Positions 47,712-55,707 of a DNA stretch of 64,000 nucleotides are shown piece after piece. Made by a program: the position numbers and the translations under genes. The first letter of the stretch is position 1. The number at the start of each line of letters is the position of its first letter. Source of the DNA: a phage; assembly GCA_018093385.1 (NCBI GenBank), contig GCA_018093385.1_4808.1, one strand, 5' to 3'. The notes beneath the pieces are model-generated. The model searched no databases, was not told the origin of the DNA, and saw only the letters and a program-made list of their open reading frames with translations.

Positions 47712-48253
47712 TATTTACTCCAGATGTCATATACGCCAATTTGTTGGCAGACTTTGTGCAGTAATATTACGTCGTCTAATGCACGGTGCTTCTGTTCATA
47801 TTTTCCGAAATATAATTCATACAGCTCTTGAAGCTTAACTCTTCGGCCAAAAATAGGCAAGGTTTGCTCAACTGTACATATGTTTATTTCTGGAAAATTA
47901 ACATCATCAAGCGTAAGTCCTTCGCGCTGTAGTGCATAATCAAGAATGTTTTTATCGAACGCATGGTTGTGCGCGATAGTTGCATCAGTCTTCTTGAAGA
48001 TTTCTTTTAGCTGCGGGACGAAATTGATGAACGGTGGATTGCACTCAAGGTCTTCATTTGTTAATCCGGTAATCTTTGTGATGATTTCTTCGATCACGAT
48101 TTCAGGATTAATTATGAATTCAAACGTTTCAAGAATCTCTTTGCCGTCTGTCAGCAAGCCTGCAAATTCAATAGGGCGCGGCTGCATTCCAAGCGGCGCT
48201 TTCGGGTGCACGGTTAATCCGGTTGTTTCGAAGTCATAAGGGAGAAATAACAC
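47711..48253 (-). CDS. DnaQ-like 3'-5' proofreading exonuclease (GTG start)
   Basis: Exo motifs YDFETTGL, HNHAFD, HRALDD; AGGAGG SD. Confidence 0.75.
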   Translation of the reverse strand: MLFLPYDFETTGLTVHPKAPLGMQPRPIEFAGLLTDGKEILETFEFIINPEIVIEEIITKITGLTNEDLECNPPFINFVPQLKEIFKKTDATIAHNHAFDKNILDYALQREGLTLDDVNFPEINICTVEQTLPIFGRRVKLQELYELYFGKYEQKHRALDDVILLHKVCQQIGVYDIWSK

Positions 48254-48263
48254 ATTGGCCTCC

Positions 48264-48292
48264 TACAAAAAGGCCGCCCATTAGGACGGCCA
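48264..48292 (-). terminator. Rho-independent terminator between the enzyme island and the exonuclease gene
   Basis: GGCCGTCC-loop-GGGCGGCC followed by TTTTTG on minus strand. Confidence 0.55.
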
Positions 48293-48307
48293 CAGATTCA
48301 CGATTCG

Positions 48308-48859
48308 TTATACAGTGTACGGAGTACCGTCTTGATTTAAGCGCACGATAAACTTCAAATCAACGCCGATGATTTCACGCGTATCAAAGATCACATAGTT
48401 GTAACGACGTTGACCAGCAATGTTCGGGTTGGTATGAGAGTCAGTTACAACTTCCTGTGCAACCTGAATACCTTCTTCGCTAAAGAACTTACGCCATTCA
48501 GCAAGTTCAGCGGCAGTCACGTGCATACCAAGGTGGCTGACCTGATTGTCATGCGCATCGATATATTCGATGTTTTCGTTAATCCAGTTGCAGCCCATTG
48601 TGTAGTCAAGGATTTCAAGCTCAAGAGGCTTACCAGCGCCGCCATCAGTACCGTTGCCAGCCTGATAGTTGAAGCGCAAGTCAGCTTCATTGGTGCAATC
48701 GTCGCGACGACCTTTAAAGTCATCAGCTTCAAATACGCGACCAGTAGCAACAACATGATCATGGAACCATTCTGTCAGGCCGATTTTAGCCAAGAAATCC
48801 TGTGCGCGCTGAGCATCTGGAATTGACAGGGCGATTTGTTCAATTTTAAAATGTGGCAT
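48308..48859 (-). CDS. VOC-fold (glyoxalase/dioxygenase-like) protein, putative
   Basis: Two beta-alpha-beta-like modules; weak motif-level call. Confidence 0.35.
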   Translation of the reverse strand: MPHFKIEQIALSIPDAQRAQDFLAKIGLTEWFHDHVVATGRVFEADDFKGRRDDCTNEADLRFNYQAGNGTDGGAGKPLELEILDYTMGCNWINENIEYIDAHDNQVSHLGMHVTAAELAEWRKFFSEEGIQVAQEVVTDSHTNPNIAGQRRYNYVIFDTREIIGVDLKFIVRLNQDGTPYTV

Positions 48860-48955
48860 TTTGTTTCCTTAATTAAATATTATTGATTAATTACTGTGTT
48901 GTCTTCGTCCTGTTTCTTTTCAGGAGCGGGTGTGACAACTTCAAATGTTCGTGAT

Positions 48956-49639
48956 TTATTTACCAAATGGAATATCAGTACCAGACATAAAGCGCCATGC
49001 GCCTGTAATTAAGATATGGCGAATGAAGTCAGCAATTACTTGCGGCTCAGTCTCCAATCCATTCATCAATGCCTTTTTCTGGTATTCAGCGGCGTATTCA
49101 GGAGTCCAGCCGCGAGTCGCGCAAACTGCATCTTCAATCTGTTTAGACATGCCAGTGCCGCGCAACTTGTTAGGACTAATAGAGAATACCGTGATGCCGT
49201 ACTTAGGCGTAAGTTCGTGAGCCATCTGCTTGCTGATCATAAGCGCAGCGGCCTTGGATGCATTATAACACAAGCTGGACGTCATAGGAATATGCGCAGC
49301 GTTGGAAACGATGTTGATCACAAAGCCTTTGTTGTCGATAAGACTTTTCAGCGCAGCCTGAGTCGTGTTAACGAAAGAGAATGCGTTGGTGTGCATAACG
49401 CGGTTAAACTCTTCATAGTTTACATCTTCAAACCAATTGTTAGAGTTGACACCAGCACAGTTGATCAAGCCTTCAACATCATATGGGCTTAAAATTTCTT
49501 TCATCTGTTTAGCATCGCGGACGTCATATCCGTATGCTGAATCGATGCCAAGCACGTTATGACCGTAAGCGCCAAGGGTGTCAAAAATAGATTTACCAAG
49601 ACCGGAATTGGAACCTGTTACAACAATTACTTTTTTCAT
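48956..49639 (-). CDS. Short-chain dehydrogenase/reductase (classical SDR)
   Basis: TGSNSGLG, NCAG, YNASK motifs. Confidence 0.7.
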   Translation of the reverse strand: MKKVIVVTGSNSGLGKSIFDTLGAYGHNVLGIDSAYGYDVRDAKQMKEILSPYDVEGLINCAGVNSNNWFEDVNYEEFNRVMHTNAFSFVNTTQAALKSLIDNKGFVINIVSNAAHIPMTSSLCYNASKAAALMISKQMAHELTPKYGITVFSISPNKLRGTGMSKQIEDAVCATRGWTPEYAAEYQKKALMNGLETEPQVIADFIRHILITGAWRFMSGTDIPFGK

Positions 49640-49660
49640 TTATTTATCCTTTTTGGACTT

Positions 49661-49704
49661 CGTTTCGATGAGGTAAATATAACTCATCGAAACGCACAAG
49701 TAAA
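49661..49704 (-). promoter_or_regulatory. Promoter TTTACT-N17-TATATT with 12-bp perfect inverted repeat (49661-49672 / 49683-49694) centred on the -10
   Basis: Read directly on minus strand upstream of SDR gene. Confidence 0.5.
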
Positions 49705-50580
49705 CTATTTATTGAAATTAATATTATGGGTGTTTACAAGACGTTCACACATGGCGCTATAAACACCATCGTCGTGTATTGAGTCTTCGTGCTTCAGGCC
49801 GCTGATTGCGAAGCGTGTAAGCTTGACAATCTTAAGCTCGAACAGATGCCACATGTGGTAGTCTTCCGGTGTTTTCAGCGTCACGCCATTAGGGAACAGT
49901 ACCTGCATAACCTGACCTACCATCACAGCGTTATCGCCATAGACAGCGTTGCGCTCACGGAAGGTCGCGGCCATCGCATCAAGAATATCGGCGGCGGTTG
50001 CTGGGCCTTGTGGTTCAACTTCAACAACTTTAGTCTCTTCTTTCCCTGTTGCGCTTGGATCAACTGCTAATTGCTGCACCATTTCACCTGCCTTGCAAAG
50101 ATTAAATGTAAAAGCGATTTTATTTTGAGCAACGGAATTATAATACAAGGCTTCATCTTGCATCGCCGCGAGTACGTCTTGTCGGTCGTCGAATACATTA
50201 ATGATTCGATAATCGCCGTGCCGCAAAGCGTGCGATAGCCATCCAGATTTCATAATAGTTGATGGACGTTTGTCGCCAGAGTCTCTCATCTTGATTGTAA
50301 ATTCATCAAAAGGGAAAACATTGTCCAGACGTTCAAAAGTCACTTGTCTGTATTTTTCTGGCCTTGCAGTCCAATATTCAACCGCCTCACCGCGAAGAGA
50401 TGCCGACTCTACTGCTGATGCAATGTGAGGATAGAACTGATCATAACCAATACCGCTGTGATAGTCATCATAGTCTGACAACGGACCTGCCACCTTGATG
50501 CGGTCTAAGCGCCAACGGTCATCAAACAGCGTTCCGTCAAGGTCGAATACGTTTAAGATTTCGCTGTTTTTAATGCTCAT
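49705..50580 (-). CDS. HAD-superfamily phosphatase-like protein with uncharacterised C-terminal domain
   Basis: HAD motif I DLDGTL near N-terminus. Confidence 0.5.
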   Translation of the reverse strand: MSIKNSEILNVFDLDGTLFDDRWRLDRIKVAGPLSDYDDYHSGIGYDQFYPHIASAVESASLRGEAVEYWTARPEKYRQVTFERLDNVFPFDEFTIKMRDSGDKRPSTIMKSGWLSHALRHGDYRIINVFDDRQDVLAAMQDEALYYNSVAQNKIAFTFNLCKAGEMVQQLAVDPSATGKEETKVVEVEPQGPATAADILDAMAATFRERNAVYGDNAVMVGQVMQVLFPNGVTLKTPEDYHMWHLFELKIVKLTRFAISGLKHEDSIHDDGVYSAMCERLVNTHNINFNK

Positions 50581-51380
50581 CCTTTTGATACTCCATCTTT
50601 AGCAACTGGATTGTTGGTGATTGGCATTGCACTCCAAAACTGGATGCGCAACTCTTCTTGCTGTGCCGTGGTATCCATCCAATCACGATACCAAGGGCAA
50701 TGGGCTTTGCCATGACGAGGAAACGCGCACTTACCCATACCGATGCACTGGGGCTGTAGTAAAGGATTGGCCCACGGGTGCACCTTAAGGACTTCCGCAA
50801 CCATTGCACGGAATACTTCTTGATACTCGCCTTGAGTACGCGTGCACAAGCGGTTAGAGGCCATTTGTTGCAGAGTGCGCAAGTTGAACTTTGCCATGAT
50901 ATGCGTTTGCATATTAGAAGGCAACACGGCACGTGCATCTTGAATCTCTGCGCCAGCCGCGCGAAGTTCTTGGTATAGGGCGTCAATGGTTGCCATTGCA
51001 TCATCCCATTTCTCTGCCAGTTCAGCAGCCTTCTCGTCATGACGAGTCCATCCCTTTGGATCATCCTCTGGGTAAGTAAATTTGGCAGGACGAATCGCAT
51101 CAAATGCTGACGACTCCTGAGCGCGGCTTGTGCGTTCTTGATATGCACCTGTGCGTGTGCGCACCATCTGATGAGTCATATTCTTTGATACATCAGTGAT
51201 GTCAAAGATATAGTCCACAAAGTCAAAAGGCGACTTGATTGTATCAAGCATGTAGCGCCAGTGCTCTTGCTTCTCTGATTCTGTCATCTCAGAGACTGGC
51301 TTACCAGTCATGCGCGTGTTCTTTGTTTCCAGCAAAAGGTCAAGTGCATCTTGGGTGTATCGAATTAATTCAACTTTCAT
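50577..51380 (-). CDS. thyX: Flavin-dependent thymidylate synthase (ThyX-like)
   Basis: VRTRTGAYQERTSR resembles the ThyX RHR...S...R signature. Confidence 0.55.
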   Translation of the reverse strand: MKVELIRYTQDALDLLLETKNTRMTGKPVSEMTESEKQEHWRYMLDTIKSPFDFVDYIFDITDVSKNMTHQMVRTRTGAYQERTSRAQESSAFDAIRPAKFTYPEDDPKGWTRHDEKAAELAEKWDDAMATIDALYQELRAAGAEIQDARAVLPSNMQTHIMAKFNLRTLQQMASNRLCTRTQGEYQEVFRAMVAEVLKVHPWANPLLQPQCIGMGKCAFPRHGKAHCPWYRDWMDTTAQQEELRIQFWSAMPITNNPVAKDGVSKG

Positions 51381-51393
51381 TTTAATTATCCTA

Positions 51394-51840
51394 TTAACGG
51401 TAATTCACTAGTTGCTGATCACCAGAGAAGGTGCAATGATAAACGAATTGTGCGTTATAAAGCAACTGAAAACTTTTCTTTGGTTCATTATTAGAACTCA
51501 TTGATGTAAAGATTTCTGCACCAGAACGGTTTTCACCAATCAGGTTAATAAAGCCGCCAGTTGAACGAGGCTGAACGAAAGTGAAACGCTGCATCCACGG
51601 AGTCCGGTTGGCACCTTTTCCGGTGAATCCCTGAATCTGAATATTCAGACCTTCTTGCTCGTTCACACCGATGTAAGTGGTAATTGTTGCGCCAGTCGTC
51701 GCTGCGGTCTTGCCGTCCATCGCTTCGCAATCGTAAACAGCGATTGAATCGGAAGTACGGACAGCGGCTTCAGTCGCTTCCATATACATGGTTCCGAGAA
51801 TAGCAGTCGCGGCAAGCGCGATTCCAGTGATGCGTTTCAT
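51394..51840 (-). CDS. Secreted protein of unknown function
   Basis: Signal peptide MKRITGIALAATAILGTMYMEATEAA; AGAGGAAA SD. Confidence 0.5.
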   Translation of the reverse strand: MKRITGIALAATAILGTMYMEATEAAVRTSDSIAVYDCEAMDGKTAATTGATITTYIGVNEQEGLNIQIQGFTGKGANRTPWMQRFTFVQPRSTGGFINLIGENRSGAEIFTSMSSNNEPKKSFQLLYNAQFVYHCTFSGDQQLVNYR

Positions 51841-51858
51841 TTTCGTTTCCTCTATGAG

Positions 51859-51905
51859 TTCTGCTTCAATGATTAAAGTATACGCCCATTGAAGCAGAAA
51901 GCAAA
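51859..51905 (-). promoter_or_regulatory. Promoter TTTGCT-N17-TATACT with 13-bp perfect inverted repeat (51859-51871 / 51887-51899) flanking the -10
   Basis: Read directly; same architecture as 49661-49704. Confidence 0.5.
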
Positions 51906-52901
51906 TTATTTATTAGCAATATAAGCAAATTTTTGATAGTTATTTGCTTTGATGAGTTTTTCAACTTCAGCAAGGTCATGAGCGACGTCATCAAGCAAAA
52001 TGTTTCGCCAAGTAGCGAATCGACCGACACTAAATACGTTCAAATCCATAGTCAACTGGAGCAGTAAGGCGTGGCGCAAGTCTTTCGGAATGTCGACAAT
52101 TTTGCCATACTTCTGGTCAACCTTTTCAACTTCTTCCAAAGAGATGTCATTCCATGAAAGACCAAAAGCGGTAAGAACTTCATCCACTTCTGCACGCAGC
52201 TTCATGTCGCGATAACGGGTAATGCCGCCAGCGGCTTCAACTGCTGCCGCGCTGACGCTTACCAATGGAATTGTTTCAATGATCAGCGTGTCACCAGTGA
52301 TTGATGCGCGGTAAGTCCTTACAGAATAGTCAGGGAAGTAAATTGTTTGATAAAGTTCACACTTGCGCTTAATCTTAAAACGATAAACGCGAATATTTGC
52401 CTTATCAAACGAGAAGTCGAGCTTTTGATCAATACCAGCAAGCTTCATCATGACTGGCAGCGGCGATGTGTTGATGATTGGCGTCTCGCTATAGCCGCAA
52501 AGCGTGTCGACCGGAGTATTAAAGAATATACGGTCACCCAGTTTATCGACAAGTTGATCATAAAAGTCATCCGGCGCTATGTAGCGCGTAGCAGTTTGAA
52601 GCTTCATGATTGAGCGGCTGCCAAACTGGTTGGTGACTTTCATAGAGTACATATTGGCAAGGTTAATCGGGCAGTGGCCGTGATAGTAGTTGCCACGAAA
52701 ATACACAGCCTTATCGACTGTCACGGCCTTAAAGGGGATTCCGGTAATACGGCTTACTTCTTCGCCGCGAAATCGTAGCAGCGCCTTGTGCTGCGCGACG
52801 CGTTCGCCTGCTTCGTACACAATAGAGTTCGGAAAGTGACAAGCCGTGATAAGTCCTGCCAGTCCGCCGCCGATAATCATTACAGGTTGTTTCATGTTCA
52901 T
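51906..52901 (-). CDS. FAD/NAD(P)-binding oxidoreductase (UDP-galactopyranose mutase / amine-oxidase-like fold, putative)
   Basis: N-terminal Rossmann IIGGGLAGL; C-terminal GRFATWRNILLDDV resembles the family tail. Confidence 0.5.
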   Translation of the reverse strand: MNMKQPVMIIGGGLAGLITACHFPNSIVYEAGERVAQHKALLRFRGEEVSRITGIPFKAVTVDKAVYFRGNYYHGHCPINLANMYSMKVTNQFGSRSIMKLQTATRYIAPDDFYDQLVDKLGDRIFFNTPVDTLCGYSETPIINTSPLPVMMKLAGIDQKLDFSFDKANIRVYRFKIKRKCELYQTIYFPDYSVRTYRASITGDTLIIETIPLVSVSAAAVEAAGGITRYRDMKLRAEVDEVLTAFGLSWNDISLEEVEKVDQKYGKIVDIPKDLRHALLLQLTMDLNVFSVGRFATWRNILLDDVAHDLAEVEKLIKANNYQKFAYIANK

Positions 52902-52978
52902 TTGTCCTTTGTGGGTGATATGATAAGTATAATAGCTAAATTATCTTACAGCAACAAGTCATTTTATTTAGTACAGAC

Positions 52979-53006
52979 GAAAAAAGACCCACAACTAGTG
53001 TGGGTC
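52979..53006 (-). terminator. Rho-independent terminator (GACCCACA-loop-TGTGGGTC, U6 on minus strand)
   Basis: Perfect 8-bp stem and AAAAAA on plus strand. Confidence 0.7.
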
Positions 53007-53034
53007 AATTACCGCTACATAACCGTCCTAGAGG

Positions 53035-53877
53035 TTATTCTGCTTGATCGTCGTGCTCTTCGGCATCTGCTTCGGATTCAACATCGATGAACTCGATGTG
53101 GCCCATCTCTTCCAGTTTGCTCAGGTAAGAGCGAACTGAAGCGCCAAACAGCTGATCTTTAACTTTTTCACCCAGCTCGTCGATAGACTGCGGCTGACCG
53201 ATTTCACCTTCTTTGATCGCAGCCAGTACGCGACCACGGGTGGAATGTTCTTGCGGCTGGCTCAGGCCGTTTCCGGTGTAAACAAAGTGAGTTGCTTTAG
53301 CGCGACGCTGACCATTAGCTTTCTTGGCGGCTTTACGCTCTGCAATCGCTTTGCGACGCTCTTCAGCTTCTTTCTTACGCTGTTCTTTCTGTTGTTCTGC
53401 AGCTTCTTTCGCCGCGATCTTAGCAGCTTCACGCTCTGCCTTGCGTTTCGCTTTCGCTTCTTCTTTAGCCTTTTCTTTTTCGGCTTTCGCTTCTGCACGG
53501 GCCTGATCACGTTCAGCCTTTTTCGCCGCAGCTTGTTCAGCTTTCAGGCGCTTGGCTTCTTCTTTCGCCTTTGCCTTTTCAATTTCTTTAGCGGCTTTAG
53601 CGGCTTCACGCTCTGCCTTCTTAGCAGCAGCCTTTTCAGCACGCTCTGCAGCCTTCTTAGCGGCTTCTTCAGCACGCTTCTGAGCCTTCTCGTCAGCAGC
53701 CTGCTTGCGTTTCAGCGCAGCTTCTTCACGCTTGGCTTGTTTTTCCTGCTCACGCTTCTGGCGTTTTTCTTCGGCTTCTTTCTTTTTAGCCAGGCGTTTT
53801 TCTTCAGCCACGCGACGACGTTCTGCTGCGGCTGCTTGTTTTTCTTCTTTAGATAATACTTTGATTGCTTCGGCCAT
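53035..53877 (-). CDS. Lys/Ala/Glu-rich low-complexity protein with globular C-terminal domain
   Basis: About 190 aa of KAE repeats then about 85 aa of normal composition; ATG 53877 has AAGGA SD (ORF track 53883 is GTG). Confidence 0.5.
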   Translation of the reverse strand: MAEAIKVLSKEEKQAAAAERRRVAEEKRLAKKKEAEEKRQKREQEKQAKREEAALKRKQAADEKAQKRAEEAAKKAAERAEKAAAKKAEREAAKAAKEIEKAKAKEEAKRLKAEQAAAKKAERDQARAEAKAEKEKAKEEAKAKRKAEREAAKIAAKEAAEQQKEQRKKEAEERRKAIAERKAAKKANGQRRAKATHFVYTGNGLSQPQEHSTRGRVLAAIKEGEIGQPQSIDELGEKVKDQLFGASVRSYLSKLEEMGHIEFIDVESEADAEEHDDQAE

Positions 53878-54036
53878 ATTCACAGTCCTTAAATAAATTA
53901 GTTTATTTTATATTCCCCGTTTGGGATAACTTAATTATGCCTTCAGTCGCCGCCAGTAGCAACTAAAAACTATGGCGGCAATGCCACTTTAATTAAACTG
54001 ATTTTCAGTTTTATTTTTCGTAAATTTACGTCAACA

Positions 54037-55221
54037 TTAACGCGCTTTCAAATCACGGTACACGGTCAGATTCTTCTTAGCACGGGTGATAGCGGTGTAC
54101 ATCATCTTGGAGTACGGAACGCCGCGCAAGATTTCTTCCAGCACGCACACATTGTCCCACTCGCTGCCTTGCGATTTGTGCACCGTGATGACATAGCCAT
54201 AATCCATCCCGCCAACAGCGCGTTGGGCCTCTTTGCGCACTTCCTGATCAGTAGAGAAGGAAAGAGGATTAATCTTAACCTTTATATCTTTGCCATCGGT
54301 AAGCGAGCGCAAATTGACATACATGATTTCATTGGACTCGTCTTCGTCCCTTTCAAAGTCCGGCACTGGCTCATAGCTAATAACAATCCCTTGCTCGCCA
54401 TTACAGAATCCTGGCCCGTGCTGGTTGAAGGTGCAAATAACTTTCTCGCCGATTCCTGGCATTGGCGTTATACGTCCGCTCACTTGCCGTAATAATGAAT
54501 TCCATTTATCTTTGGTGCTATTATAGGAGCAAATAATTTGATCATCTTCGCCCATGAATTTCTTCAATGCAGTAACGCGCGGCGATTCTGCCAATACTTT
54601 GACGTCATCGTATTCACGCGGAGGAAGGCGGTTGCCTTGGCGCACGAAGAAGGAGGCGCGGATTATATTGGACTCTTTCCCTTGCCGCATGATTTCTGTT
54701 AACAGTACGTCAACGGCTTCTTCGGTAAAGTAGGCGGCGGCTTTTACCGGAGGGACTTGTCCAATGTCGCCTAATGCCAGCACAGGGATGCGGTGATCAA
54801 GAAGGCGCTCTGTGTCCCACTCGCCAACCATCGACGCTTCATCGAGTACAACAAGGTGCGGCCTTTCGTCCAGTTTTGACTTTCTCGAAAAGATTGGCTC
54901 ATTGTCGTCATTTACGCCGCGCACGTTATAGATGAACTGGTGAAGGGTCTTAGCGCCACGACAGCCTTTTTGCTTTAATCGGCTTGCAGCCTTTCCGGTC
55001 GGCGCAATATAGATAGCGCCGTACTCACCGACACAGCGGCGCACAATCTCGCGAGCAATAGAGGTTTTACCAGTCCCTGCATAGCCAGCGATGAAAAACA
55101 CGCGCTTCGTCGTTTTACCGTCCTGCAATCGCTTGTACCATGCAACGGCTTTCTCGATGGCGTCGATTTGTTGCGCGTTAAACTGAATCACTGGCTCATC
55201 ATTAAATTCTGGAATGTTCAT
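54037..55221 (-). CDS. SF1B helicase (Dda/RecD-like)
   Basis: Walker A GYAGTGKT, Walker B VVLDEASM, GDIGQVPP, TVHKSQGSEWD. Confidence 0.8.
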   Translation of the reverse strand: MNIPEFNDEPVIQFNAQQIDAIEKAVAWYKRLQDGKTTKRVFFIAGYAGTGKTSIAREIVRRCVGEYGAIYIAPTGKAASRLKQKGCRGAKTLHQFIYNVRGVNDDNEPIFSRKSKLDERPHLVVLDEASMVGEWDTERLLDHRIPVLALGDIGQVPPVKAAAYFTEEAVDVLLTEIMRQGKESNIIRASFFVRQGNRLPPREYDDVKVLAESPRVTALKKFMGEDDQIICSYNSTKDKWNSLLRQVSGRITPMPGIGEKVICTFNQHGPGFCNGEQGIVISYEPVPDFERDEDESNEIMYVNLRSLTDGKDIKVKINPLSFSTDQEVRKEAQRAVGGMDYGYVITVHKSQGSEWDNVCVLEEILRGVPYSKMMYTAITRAKKNLTVYRDLKAR

Positions 55222-55547
55222 TATAACTCCACTACGCTTTCAAGGTCCAGATATACTGGAATAAAATGGCAATCTTCTTTTCGTTCAAACATCTCACCAT
55301 CAACATGGCTGAAGAAAACAGTTGTGTTTGGTATCTTCCATCCTTTCTCGTCGCGCACTAAGTACGCCATGGATTCAACAGGGATGTACAGCGATACCGG
55401 ATTTGCGGCAAAAATAAATTTGATTCTGTCTGGTTGACCCAGGAATCGCATGATTGTCAGGCTTGAATTCAATCTTGTATTAAGGAAGGACTCAACGATT
55501 CCGACGTGTGTTGCACGTTCGCGTTGCTTCGTCTCTTTTTCGTTCAT
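55221..55547 (-). CDS. Hypothetical protein
   Basis: 108 aa, ATGA-coupled to helicase. Confidence 0.45.
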   Translation of the reverse strand: MNEKETKQRERATHVGIVESFLNTRLNSSLTIMRFLGQPDRIKFIFAANPVSLYIPVESMAYLVRDEKGWKIPNTTVFFSHVDGEMFERKEDCHFIPVYLDLESVVEL

Positions 55548-55585
55548 TTCAGGCGACCTTTGTTAGTGCGGAAATATTTTCTGAT

Positions 55586-55614
55586 AGTATAATTGCAGAT
55601 ATAGTATAAAGCAA
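55586..55614 (-). promoter_or_regulatory. Promoter TTGCTT-N17-TATACT
   Basis: Divergent intergenic region. Confidence 0.45.
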
Positions 55615-55650
55615 AGTAAATCGAAATTGTGAACTAAATGGTAAATATTG

Positions 55651-55678
55651 TTGACTTTGTATCACTCAATATTATACT
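55651..55678 (+). promoter_or_regulatory. Promoter TTGACT-N16-TATACT upstream of primase-polymerase gene
   Basis: Hexamers followed by AAGGAAAG SD. Confidence 0.5.
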
Positions 55679-55707
55679 GCAGGTATTGATCACCGAAGGA
55701 AAGAAAG

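Noticed and set aside
50570-51148. 192-aa minus-strand ORF in alternative frame over the ThyX-like gene
   Set aside because: Entirely embedded in the ThyX-like frame, which carries the recognisable motif; no independent start signal
51394-51840. AB5-toxin B-subunit identity for the secreted 148-aa protein
   Set aside because: Size and signal peptide are compatible, but no convincing similarity to heat-labile enterotoxin, pertussis or subtilase B subunits could be seen; left as unknown secreted protein
53245-53896. Plus-strand ORFs 53245-53856, 53324-53506, 53705-53896 and minus 53262-53510
   Set aside because: Antisense or alternative-frame artefacts of the low-complexity Lys/Ala/Glu-coding DNA; translations are homopolymer-like
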